A stretch of 64,000 nucleotides of DNA, from positions 2,240,001-2,304,000 of the forward strand of contig OZ241917.1 in assembly GCA_965203805.1 (NCBI GenBank), given 5' to 3'. Position numbers and translations under genes: made by a program. The notes beneath the pieces were generated by a model. The model had not been told where the DNA came from. It ran no database searches and saw nothing but the letters and a program-made list of their open reading frames with translations. Origin of the DNA: Candidatus Latescibacterota bacterium (GTDB lineage: Bacteria; Latescibacterota; UBA2968; GCA-2709665). Below, piece by piece: positions 17,019 through 26,052 of this stretch; within the stretch, counting starts at the first letter, position 1, and each line of letters opens with the position of its first letter.

Positions 17019-18082
17019 CACCGTCCCTCCTGCTCGAAATAGGCGTCGATTTCAATGCATCTCCCGCCCTGCCGCGCCGAATCCCATCCGGCCAGGATCG
17101 GCGCGAGGGAAAACAGGCCGTCGTGATAATCGTTCAGGATGCCCTCGCGGCGCCCCGAACGCACGGCCTCCACGAAGATCCGGTCCTGCTCGTACCATGG
17201 GTCGAAGTCCTCGTCCCGATAGACCGTCTCTCCGTTCAAGTCGATTCGATCGTAATTGAATATCTCCATCCGCCCGCCCTCGAAAAAAAACGTGAACCAG
17301 GGCTGCGGCGTTCCCGACGGGTCCGCCCGCACAAACGTCATCGTCATCGTCGCGCCGTTATCCATCAGGAAGTGGAATGACGACGAAAGCGGTTCGCTGA
17401 AGACGTCGGACTTTTCACAATAGAACGCCTGGACGCTCTCAACCTCCAATCCGGTCATGAACCGGGTGTAATCCACGGCGTGCACGCCCCAATCCAGGGC
17501 CGGACCGCCCGACTTGCCCATCTGGTACCACCACGACGTCCGGTCGTTCCGCGACTTCAACCGGGGCAGCCCCCCCACGGACCGAAACACCGCGTGTACG
17601 ATCCGCTTCTCCGACAGAATGCGACGCGCCTCCTGGAACAGCGGCCGATACCGTTCCCGAAAACAGACCGTGCTCAACACGCCCGCTTCTCGAATCGCCC
17701 GGTCGATTTCCAGAGCCACGTCCATCCGAATCGCTTGGGGCTTTTCGCTGAACAGATGAATCCCCCGGCGCACGGCTATGACTTCGACGTCCGTGCGCGC
17801 AAAAGCCGGCACGACCGAAAAGAGAACGTCGAACCGCTCGTTCTCCACCATCTCGCGCCCATCGGCATAGACCGCCGGAATGCCAAAGCGCTCTGCCGTG
17901 CGACTCAGGGCGTCCGCGTCCACGTCGCATGCCGCCACGACGTCCACGCCCAGCTTTTTCAGGTTCGGAATATGGGTCTGGTTCGCCCATGACCCTGTGC
18001 CGTAAACCGCCGCTCGGACGGGCCTTCCGGCTATGCTCGCCGATTCCGCCGGGAGGTCGTTTTCGTTCGGTCGCCCTGACAC
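17018..18082 (-). CDS. Gfo/Idh/MocA family NAD(P)-dependent oxidoreductase
   Basis: VYGTGSWA Rossmann motif, LFSEKP and LDWGVHAVD; GTG start at 18082; TGATG overlap with the rhodanese gene. Confidence 0.87.
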   Translation of the reverse strand: MSGRPNENDLPAESASIAGRPVRAAVYGTGSWANQTHIPNLKKLGVDVVAACDVDADALSRTAERFGIPAVYADGREMVENERFDVLFSVVPAFARTDVEVIAVRRGIHLFSEKPQAIRMDVALEIDRAIREAGVLSTVCFRERYRPLFQEARRILSEKRIVHAVFRSVGGLPRLKSRNDRTSWWYQMGKSGGPALDWGVHAVDYTRFMTGLEVESVQAFYCEKSDVFSEPLSSSFHFLMDNGATMTMTFVRADPSGTPQPWFTFFFEGGRMEIFNYDRIDLNGETVYRDEDFDPWYEQDRIFVEAVRSGRREGILNDYHDGLFSLAPILAGWDSARQGGRCIEIDAYFEQEGR

Positions 18083-18086
18083 ACCC

Positions 18087-19364
18087 CTACCCCCTGGCAA
18101 GGGACTCCGCCGTCTGCACGATGGTTTGCTCCTCACCCTGGAATCTGGCCGGTTCACCGTAATAGGGGTACGCGTTGGGTTCGTACCCGCCCTCCTCGTA
18201 TTGCCGGTCGGTACAGAGGTATCCGATCTCGTCGTTCGCATATCCCACCGGCCACACGTCGTCGGCGTCCACCAGCCCCCTCAGTCGTTTTTCGATCGCG
18301 TGACCGATTTCCTGTACCGGCTCGCCCGGTATGGTGACCCACGTCAGCGGGCCCACCGCCATCAACTGCATCTCCGTCGAGCGGCTGTCGGGAATTCCGC
18401 CGTTTTCGATCATCTTCAAGACCCCGTTCGCCCACGGCCCGGTCAGCAGGCGGCCTCTTGCGCTTTCGTCGTCCGCCATCTCCCGCAGTTTTTCGATCGG
18501 ATCGTGTTCGCCGAATGCGATCTTCACGTCGGAACGCCGCGCGTTCAACTGCGAGGACCGCCGGGTCTTCAGACTCCCGGCCACGCGCACCACCTCACGG
18601 CCCAACTCCTCTCCGCACGCATCCAGTTCAGCCTTGCTGGCCGACTTGAAGCGCGCGGTGTCCGGGTCCACCACGGCCGGGCGAATATTGCCGAAGCATC
18701 CTGCCAGGTATAAGGCCTTGCATCCGATTGACTCCTCGATCACCGTGCGTGCGATTCCCGCATAGTCCGGCGAAATATAGCCCTCGGACCCGCTCTTCGT
18801 TGTGGTGTGGCAGGAATAGTGAAACAGCACCGCCAGCGGCGCCCCATCCTCCGCCTCCACAAGAAGCACGCGGACGCGACGGTCCACGATGCCGCCGAAG
18901 TTCAGCATCATGCCGGACGTGCCCGGCAGCGGCCTGCGGCAGATATTGAAGTGTGCCGAACCGCAGCCCACCCCGAACCGGACCGGTCTCAAATCCGCCG
19001 CCGCCCGCGCGATGCTGTCCGCGGTTGCGATCTCGATCCTTTCCAGCCACCCGTCGGGCGGCTCCATGCCCAGCGAAGGCAGCGTGGCGGGCGCCGAGTG
19101 CGTGTGGCTGCACGCCACCATCACGTGATCGCCCGGGATACCGCATGCCTCCCGAACCCGCGCCCGAATCCGGTCGGTGGTCTCCTTTGCCACGCCGATG
19201 ACGTCGAGGGTCGCGACCGCCGTCCTCGTCTCCCCTTCTTCGAACACGATCGCACGGACTTCCAGAGGGTACAGCACCGAATGCGAGGGATTCGAGCTCC
19301 AGTGGCCCTGAAGTACGGGACCCGGCTCGGGCGTGATGTCCGCCACCGCAACACCGCTTTTCAT
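18087..19364 (-). CDS. Neutral/alkaline ceramidase-like metallohydrolase
   Basis: GVAVADITP, CSHTHSAP, FHYSCHTT, ISPDYAG, IPGEP, GYAN and YEEGGYE; AAAGGAGG RBS. Confidence 0.82.
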   Translation of the reverse strand: MKSGVAVADITPEPGPVLQGHWSSNPSHSVLYPLEVRAIVFEEGETRTAVATLDVIGVAKETTDRIRARVREACGIPGDHVMVACSHTHSAPATLPSLGMEPPDGWLERIEIATADSIARAAADLRPVRFGVGCGSAHFNICRRPLPGTSGMMLNFGGIVDRRVRVLLVEAEDGAPLAVLFHYSCHTTTKSGSEGYISPDYAGIARTVIEESIGCKALYLAGCFGNIRPAVVDPDTARFKSASKAELDACGEELGREVVRVAGSLKTRRSSQLNARRSDVKIAFGEHDPIEKLREMADDESARGRLLTGPWANGVLKMIENGGIPDSRSTEMQLMAVGPLTWVTIPGEPVQEIGHAIEKRLRGLVDADDVWPVGYANDEIGYLCTDRQYEEGGYEPNAYPYYGEPARFQGEEQTIVQTAESLARG

Positions 19365-19435
19365 GGTTTTCTCCTCCTTTGACGTGTCGGGAAGACGAGG
19401 TTCAAGATCGACAACCCTATGGTTGCCGGGAAATT

Positions 19436-19687
19436 TTACGAAACCGCGACCGCAATGGCGTCAAGTGAATCTCTGGCGATTCAGGCGTGTGCATAGGCGG
19501 CACAAGCCCGAATATCATCCGGTTCCAGTTCGGGGTAATCCTCCAGGATGGCATCGGTCGACACGCCCTTTGCCAGCAGGCCAAGGACAATCTCGACCGA
19601 TATTCTCATATCGCGAATAATAGGTTTTCCGCCAAAAACACCAGGACGAGCAGTAATTCGACTAAGCAGATCAGTATTGCTGGTCAT
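19436..19687 (-). pseudogene. DUF433 antitoxin-like protein with a probable premature TGA and no cognate toxin
   Basis: MTSNTDLLSRITARPGVFGGKPIIRDMRISVE...ILEDYPELEPDDIRAC (DUF433). After the TGA at 19483-19481 the frame reads IARDSLDAIAVAVS to TAA at 19438-19436, resembling the usual C-terminal tail. Confidence 0.7.
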
Positions 19688-19870
19688 GTCAACTCCGATG
19701 TTTGGACGGAAAAACGGCCTGCGGCTATCGTTTCGGAATATAACACACACATAGCTGAAAAAAAAGTCCGAGGGGCCGTGATTCTTCCTGTCCGGGCCTC
19801 GCTCGAACCCACAAAAAGCCGGCCTGTCCAACTCCTGACAGGCCCGCGCCACATCTGTTTCAGGGGAGGG

Positions 19871-19963
19871 TCAGCTGGTGTGTTTCCGCACGGTGCGTTT
19901 CTCCATCCACCCGTAAATCACCGGCAGCAGGATCAGGGTCAACGGGGTCGAAGCAATTGTCAA
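19871..19963 (-). pseudogene. Relic of the C-terminus of a CusA/CzcA-type RND efflux transporter
   Basis: The minus frame reads LTIASTPLTLILLPVIYGWMEKRTVRKHTS-stop, matching the STxLTLxxLPxxY last-helix motif of RND pumps; no upstream gene body. Confidence 0.6.
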
Positions 19964-19970
19964 ATATAGC

Positions 19971-20002
19971 GACGTCGGGACGAGAGGACTCGCCCCGACA
20001 TC
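19971..20002 (-). terminator. Imperfect GC-rich hairpin downstream of the TorF-like porin gene
   Basis: GACGTCGGGACGAG-AGGA-CTCGCCCCGACATC; no clear U-tract. Confidence 0.35.
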
Positions 20003-20090
20003 GGTAACTGCCTCCGCCGCGGCTGCTTGCCGTCTACCGGCTGCGCCTCGCGCGCGGACCGCATGTTATGTCAACCGGTCAACAGCGCCT

Positions 20091-20816
20091 TTAGTACGCG
20101 AAACCGAGACCGACGCCGCCCCAGACCTGGGTTAGCTCGCCTCCGTCTTCAACGATGTCTTCGATCCTGCGAATGATGCCGATGGTCGCAGAGGCTGAGA
20201 AAAGGCTTCGACTTGCACTCAGTGAAACCGAACTGCCGACGTGATTGAATTCGAATTTTCCGGTGGTGTCGCTGTATCCGATGTCGCCGGACACCCCAAC
20301 CGAAATGTCACCCTCGGAAGTCAGTTGGACTTCATGGCCGATACTGCCGTTGAGATACCAGTAATCGAACTGGCCCACGTCGCGGTAGAGCAATAGAGAC
20401 GGTGACAGGATATTGTCCAGGTTCAGGCCGGCGAAAAACTCCGTGGTGATTCTGTCGCCTTTGTCCAGGCTCGGAAAGGTGTATTGAATCATCCCCACGG
20501 TAAGCCCGACGTCCTGGTACTGTTCTCCCAGGCTGCGGTCGTAAGTCAGCGTGAAGTCGAGTTCATCGCCCGCGTCCTGAATGCTCCGTTGTTTCAGAGC
20601 GGCGGAACCCCAGACGTTGAACGCAAATCCGGATTCGCCGAAACCAATCGTGAGCGAAGGCTGCGCGGTGGGCTTGTTCGTGAAGCCGACGCCGCGGAAG
20701 ATATAATGCGAGACAAGATCCACGCCCCCCTCGACGGAGACGTTCCCGATCTGTGCGAATGCGGGACTGGCAAGCAGGCTGAGGGTGAGAACGACGAGTA
20801 GCGTACGAGTTGGCAT
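20091..20816 (-). CDS. TorF/Gcw_chp-like putative outer-membrane porin
   Basis: Signal peptide (ASPAFA), VSHYIFRG, AQPSL, FNVWGS, ELDFTLTY, QYTFP and C-terminal aromatic residue; GGAGG RBS before ATG 20816. Confidence 0.78.
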   Translation of the reverse strand: MPTRTLLVVLTLSLLASPAFAQIGNVSVEGGVDLVSHYIFRGVGFTNKPTAQPSLTIGFGESGFAFNVWGSAALKQRSIQDAGDELDFTLTYDRSLGEQYQDVGLTVGMIQYTFPSLDKGDRITTEFFAGLNLDNILSPSLLLYRDVGQFDYWYLNGSIGHEVQLTSEGDISVGVSGDIGYSDTTGKFEFNHVGSSVSLSASRSLFSASATIGIIRRIEDIVEDGGELTQVWGGVGLGFAY

Positions 20817-21015
20817 GTTCTTGATTCCTCCATTCTGTTTCGGTGATGTCCCCAATGGATCACACCGGGACGGTATGTTGACGGTACTCTATCGGCGGTT
20901 TGAGAGGAGATCCAGGGGGAAGTCAACGTGTCTGGCCTGCAGTCCACGCGACGTGAATCGTACGGCCTGGTATGGAATTTATCAAGAACGGATGTTTTGC
21001 ACATCAAACCGTTTA

Positions 21016-21044
21016 ATCTTAGGGTCGCGAGGGTTCAATGTCAA
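21016..21044 (-). promoter_or_regulatory. Sigma70-type promoter for the TorF-like porin
   Basis: Minus strand TTGACA-N17-TAAGAT, implying a ~190-nt leader. Confidence 0.65.
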
Positions 21045-21076
21045 GATGAATTTTCGTTTGGTGGCACGGCTGTGAC

Positions 21077-21607
21077 CTATTCGGACCGGCCGCCGATTCG
21101 TGAATGTCGGGACCGGATATCCAGCAGGACGTTTCCCCGGCTGTCTTTAAGGACAAGCGTTGTCTCGTACTTGTCATCCCCCGAAAATCGATTGACGATC
21201 TCTCCTTCTATGCCCAGACCGAAATCCACGTATTTCCACGTCATTGTCTCGGTCTTTTCGTCCCACGCGCCAATCCAGAAACTGCTATTGCCTTCGGAAT
21301 CGAACGCCCACTTGTGATACTGGCCGCTCTCTGCGTCGAAACGTTGGATTTCACGTGTTTGGGTATTCCCGGTATGGCCGGATATCTGCTGGTATTGATT
21401 GCCCAGAATCCACTCTCCGGTCGACGCGCCGGGCAATTCACTGCCAACAAGCGTCCAGGCAGCGGGCTTCACATTGGTGTGATGTTTCCAGGTTCCCTGC
21501 CATCTGTTCAGGACGTTTGCATCCATCGATTCTTCAGCCGCTCCGGAACCGACAGCCACAATCACCAGGAAACCAACGGCGGCCGCCGCCCGGTATACCG
21601 TATTCAT
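21077..21607 (-). CDS. Secreted DUF1579-like beta-barrel protein
   Basis: Signal peptide, LNRWQGTW, EWILGNQY, WAFDSEG and GAWDEKTETMTW. Confidence 0.65.
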   Translation of the reverse strand: MNTVYRAAAAVGFLVIVAVGSGAAEESMDANVLNRWQGTWKHHTNVKPAAWTLVGSELPGASTGEWILGNQYQQISGHTGNTQTREIQRFDAESGQYHKWAFDSEGNSSFWIGAWDEKTETMTWKYVDFGLGIEGEIVNRFSGDDKYETTLVLKDSRGNVLLDIRSRHSRIGGRSE

Positions 21608-21736
21608 ATACCATTCCTTTCAGAAGATGATCATCAGCGCCATTTCCGAACCCGGACCCATGAAGCCATCGAAGCAAGGAGCTGTTCCATGGGTATCGAT
21701 ACAGAACCCGCGCTTCCGCCCGCTTTGACACAAGGC

Positions 21737-23929
21737 CTACCTGACGAACAGCATGTCCCGGTACGTGGGCAACGGCCACAAATCGTCCGGAATGACTTTC
21801 TCCAGGCGGTCAGCCACGTCCCGCACCGCGTCCATCGCCGGGATCACATTGTCGCGCATGTGGACCACCTTGGACGACATCTCGTCTCCGCCGAGTTCTC
21901 CGTTTTGCTCGTCGAGTTCGTCCAGCGCATCGCTCAATTCATCGATAAGGCCGGAAACCCCCTTGATGCTGCTTTCAAGACCCGTTGTGGAGCCGCCCGC
22001 CTCTTTCGTTCCGTTTCGCGCCGACGCGAGCTGCGTCAGGTAGGTGACCGCAGCAGGCAGGATCATGCAGCGGGCTATATGCGCCGCCGTTTCGCCTTCG
22101 ATGTTGATCTTGATGAAGTACTGCTCGGTGAGCACTTCCAGCCTGGCCCCCAGTTCGCGCGGCGTCAAGACGCCGTACTTGTCGAAGAGTTCCTCGTTCT
22201 TGGGCGATGCGAGCGCATCGAGCGCATCGACTGCCGATCCCGCATTGTACAGCCCTCGTCGCGCGGCTTCCTCGACCCACTCGGTTGCGTAATTGTCGCC
22301 ATTGAAAATGATCCGTTTGAAAGACGGGATCTCGTTGGCCAACAGCGTCCAGAGCGCATCCTCGATCGAGGTGCCGGCGTCGACGATCGGCTCCAGCAGC
22401 TCCGTCCAATGGTCGATCGCCTCCGCGACGATCGTGTTGAGGACCGTTGCCGGCAGCGATATATTCGCGGACGAGCCGACCGCGCGAAACTCGAACTTGT
22501 TCCCGGTGAAAGCAAACGGAGACGTGCGGTTGCGGTCGCCGGAATGGCGCGCAAGGTCAGGGAGAACATTGACTCCCAGGCCGAGGAGGCCATCGTGTTC
22601 CCGCTTCTCCGCCTTTCCGGATTCCTCAAGCTGGTTGAAGATGTCTTCGAGCTGGCTCCCCAGGAACACCGAAATGATCGACGGGGGGGCTTCGTTGGCG
22701 CCCAAACGGTGATCGTTCCCCGCGCTTGAGACGCTGGCCAGGAGCAGGTCCTGGTGCTGCTCGACCGCGCTCATCACCGCTGTACAGAAGAACAGAAACA
22801 CCAGGTTGTCGTGCGGCGTGTCGCCCGGATCCATCAGGTTACGGTCCGATGTGCCAAAGGACCAGTTCAGGTGCTTGCCGCTGCCGTTGATCCCTGAGAA
22901 GGGCTTCTCATGCAAAAGGCAGATGAATCCATAGTTGCGTGCGCTTCGCTCCAGGACCCTCATCATCAGCTGCTGATGGTCCGACGCCACGTTCGCGTTC
23001 TCGTAGACCGGCGCCATCTCGTATTGCCCCGGCGCCACCTCGTTGTGGCGCGTCTTCATCGGCACGCCCAGCCGGTACAGGTCCATCTCGATGGACTGGA
23101 TGCACGCAAGCACCCGCTCGTGGATCTGTCCGAAATAGTGGTCGTCGAGTTCCTGCCCCCTCGGAGGCTTTGCCCCGAAAAGTGTCCGGCCCGCGGTCAT
23201 AAGGTCGGGTCTACGGTAGTAGAACTCACGGTCGACGAGGAAGAACTCCTGCTCGGGACCGAGGCTGGCCGTTACCATCCCGGCGTCGATACCGAAGAGC
23301 TTGAGCGCTCGTCGTGCGACCCGGTCGAGGGCGTCCATCGACCGGAGCAGGGGGATCTTGGCATCCAGACTCTCGCCTGTCCAGCTGGAAAAGGCAGTGG
23401 GAATGCACAGGTAAGTGGCAGACTCGCCGCCCATGATGAACGCCGGCGAGGTTGGATCCCAGGCCGTGTAACCGCGCGCTTCGAAGGTGGCCCGTAAGCC
23501 ACCCGAGGGGAACGACGACGCATCCGGCTCGCCCTGGACGAGTTCCTCGCCGCCGAATTCGGTGATGGCGCGTGCATCGGCGCCCACCTTCAGGAAAGAG
23601 TCGTGCTTCTCGGCGGTGTGCCCCGTGAGCGGCTGGAACCAGTGCGTGTAGTGGGTTGCGCCCAACGAGAGCGCCCAGTCTTTCATCGCCGCCGCCACCG
23701 TGTCCGCGATATCGGAATCGAGTTGCTTTCCGTGGTGAATCGTCCGGACGAGCTGCTTGAAGACGTTTTCCGGAAGCCTGGACTGCATTTCGCGCAGTCC
23801 GAAAGTTTCTTTGCCGAAGATGTCAGGCAGGAGGTCCCGGTCGCCCGATCGGGACTCCGGCTTGCGGTCCCAGGTCTTGGCGGCGCTGACGGAGTCGAAA
23901 CGTCTCTGAATCCTCATTGTGAAGGCCAT
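21737..23929 (-). CDS. glnA: Glutamine synthetase type III
   Basis: GATHYTHWFQPLTG, AEKHDSF, GEPDASSFPSGGLRATFEARGYTAWD, HNEVAPGQYE, HEKPFSGINGSGKH, RNRTSPFAFTGNKFEFRAVG and WPLPTYRDMLF; 730 aa. Confidence 0.96.
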   Translation of the reverse strand: MAFTMRIQRRFDSVSAAKTWDRKPESRSGDRDLLPDIFGKETFGLREMQSRLPENVFKQLVRTIHHGKQLDSDIADTVAAAMKDWALSLGATHYTHWFQPLTGHTAEKHDSFLKVGADARAITEFGGEELVQGEPDASSFPSGGLRATFEARGYTAWDPTSPAFIMGGESATYLCIPTAFSSWTGESLDAKIPLLRSMDALDRVARRALKLFGIDAGMVTASLGPEQEFFLVDREFYYRRPDLMTAGRTLFGAKPPRGQELDDHYFGQIHERVLACIQSIEMDLYRLGVPMKTRHNEVAPGQYEMAPVYENANVASDHQQLMMRVLERSARNYGFICLLHEKPFSGINGSGKHLNWSFGTSDRNLMDPGDTPHDNLVFLFFCTAVMSAVEQHQDLLLASVSSAGNDHRLGANEAPPSIISVFLGSQLEDIFNQLEESGKAEKREHDGLLGLGVNVLPDLARHSGDRNRTSPFAFTGNKFEFRAVGSSANISLPATVLNTIVAEAIDHWTELLEPIVDAGTSIEDALWTLLANEIPSFKRIIFNGDNYATEWVEEAARRGLYNAGSAVDALDALASPKNEELFDKYGVLTPRELGARLEVLTEQYFIKINIEGETAAHIARCMILPAAVTYLTQLASARNGTKEAGGSTTGLESSIKGVSGLIDELSDALDELDEQNGELGGDEMSSKVVHMRDNVIPAMDAVRDVADRLEKVIPDDLWPLPTYRDMLFVR

Positions 23930-24311
23930 CCTTATGAAATGGTGTGGGTGCGCGCATGTGGTTCTCAGCCACGTCAGCGCGGCAGGTGTTTAACGCTCTG
24001 GAAGCTGAAATAGCGGCGTCCGGTTGAGCGGCGGTAGTCCTTCTGAGGACTCCGATTGTTGGACCCGAATGGCGGTAAGACGGTCTGAGAGACCGAGCTG
24101 ACCGGAGTCTGATTCATGAATAAGGCGGAATTGTCGGTTTCGCAAATACTAAGGAGCGGCGTCTGTATGGAAGTAGAGCGCATTGATCGGGTGTATTCAA
24201 ACGTGTAGTCGCCGCGTCTGAAGCGCGATTCGGGATCGTGTTCTGCATCGAATATCATCGGGCCAACAGGTGTCCTCCCTGCGCGTCCGGGCACTCACGT
24301 CCCGTGATCAG

Positions 24312-25787
24312 CTATTCGAACCAATATGAAAAGAACTCCGCCTGTCTGACGTAGAACTTGAGCCGGACTTCTCTGCCCTTCAGCGCATTCAGATCCGCCC
24401 GCTCCAGCCACGTCAGTCGGTGGGCCGTCGCGTCGGCGTCGAGCCTGGCGCACCGGACCATGGCATATTCAGGCGCGTGATACCCGTCCTGTTCGATCAC
24501 GGACGCCGAAAGTTCCCCGCCCGCGGCATCCGCGTTGACATAAAGGCATCCGCCCGGACAGACGAACGGCGCCGTCACCACCCATCCGGCCTGCTCACCC
24601 GCGCACAGACTCACGAATCCGTCTCGCCTCAGCTTGGCCAGGCCCGGAAGCTTGACGTATGACAACCCGTGGCCGTGTACGCTCATCCCGTAATAAAACC
24701 AGAGTTCGTCTCCTACGAACACCGGCGAGTTGGAGGGCCAGGCAATCCCGGAGTCCAGCCCGCCGGGCGTCGTATCCAGAAAGGGTACGCGCCCTTCCGA
24801 CCGGTTCCAGTGAACGCCGTCCCGGCTGGTTACCAGTTCGACGTAGCAGCGTCCCAGCATTGCGGAATGGGCCGGCCAATCCGGCAGCCGGTACGGAAAC
24901 CGCTTGGGTCGTTCTTCGGAATACCCTTCGTGTACGCACAGCAGTCCCAGGTACATCCCCTCGTAAAAGGAAACGCCGATTGTCTGAAACTCGGTACCTG
25001 CGGGGTCGTCGCCGTCCGGAGCAAGCACGGTCTCGAGCTCCGTCCACGCGGTCATGTCCTCGCTTTCGCTTCGTGCAATCAACCGAACCGAGGTACCTTC
25101 GGGGTCGATCGGCCCATCCGGACACGCGACCTGGGGGCGGAAATACGCCACGTACCGCCCGATGCCCCCGTCCCAACCGGCCAGGCAGTTCAACCCGTCG
25201 GAATGTCCGATCCGGCTCGGCACGCGCACCTTTTCCGGACCGGACCAGGACACGCCGTCCGGCGAAAAGCTGATGCTGGACGGGTAATACAGCATCTTGT
25301 ACCTGCGGGTTTCGTCCGCCTCGTGTTCGTCGATGACGACGCAAGGCAGGCTCCCCGGAGGCTCGAATAAGACGTTGTTTTCGGTGCTTCCGTTGATTTC
25401 GACCCGCCCCAGCGCCGGGAGCCGCCAGTGAATCCCGTTGTGCGACTCCGCGTAGGCCACCACCGGCGTCCCGCCGCCGTACCCGAAGTCCCTGATCCCC
25501 GGCGGCTTCGTCTGATAATACATCTGAAACAACCCGGAGGAGTCGCGGACGACCGACGTGGGGGTCAGGTTGTCGTTCGGTTTCTCAACGCCTCCCTCTC
25601 GTGGTACCTCGTCCTCCTCATACCTCACGCCCTCCCTCGCGTCGTGGAACCGGTTCCCCACCAGCAACGGATTCCCCACGTATTTGACCGGGGCGTTATA
25701 ATTGCGGCAAACGCGAAACGTCTCCGCGACCCCCTCGTCATCCAGAAACAACTGGCGATTGGCGCCGACATGCATCGAATATCGCAT
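24312..25787 (-). CDS. Putative five-bladed beta-propeller glycoside hydrolase-like protein (GH32/GH130-like) with a C-terminal beta-sandwich
   Basis: RQLFLDD, AYAESHNGIHW, RYKMLY, LVTSRDGVHW, ELWFYY and LAKLRRDGFVSL. Confidence 0.65.
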   Translation of the reverse strand: MRYSMHVGANRQLFLDDEGVAETFRVCRNYNAPVKYVGNPLLVGNRFHDAREGVRYEEDEVPREGGVEKPNDNLTPTSVVRDSSGLFQMYYQTKPPGIRDFGYGGGTPVVAYAESHNGIHWRLPALGRVEINGSTENNVLFEPPGSLPCVVIDEHEADETRRYKMLYYPSSISFSPDGVSWSGPEKVRVPSRIGHSDGLNCLAGWDGGIGRYVAYFRPQVACPDGPIDPEGTSVRLIARSESEDMTAWTELETVLAPDGDDPAGTEFQTIGVSFYEGMYLGLLCVHEGYSEERPKRFPYRLPDWPAHSAMLGRCYVELVTSRDGVHWNRSEGRVPFLDTTPGGLDSGIAWPSNSPVFVGDELWFYYGMSVHGHGLSYVKLPGLAKLRRDGFVSLCAGEQAGWVVTAPFVCPGGCLYVNADAAGGELSASVIEQDGYHAPEYAMVRCARLDADATAHRLTWLERADLNALKGREVRLKFYVRQAEFFSYWFE

Positions 25788-26052
25788 CGCGAATCCGTGG
25801 GAATTTAAACCACACGAGAACGTGTGCAGCCCGTGGGCATTTCGTCTATCCTACCCTGCAACGGGTAATTTGGTTTCGAAGGCGAGGCTTGTCAATGGCT
25901 ATAACCATCCACGAAAGAAAAAGGTCGGGGAAACCCCGACCTCGGAGGCGGCTGCCGCCTTGCTCTTTGCGACCGGCCGACCATTGCCTTACAATCAACC
26001 CGCACCCGACGTTAACTGAACATCACCAGCGGCGAACCGGCGGTGCGCTTTC

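Noticed and set aside
19481-19483. DUF433 TGA as selenocysteine
   Set aside because: The position is not a known Cys or redox site in DUF433 proteins; a nonsense mutation is more parsimonious.
23930-24311. Glutamine (glnA) riboswitch or sigma54 promoter upstream of GSIII
   Set aside because: No recognisable consensus by eye; an Rfam scan would be needed to exclude it fully.
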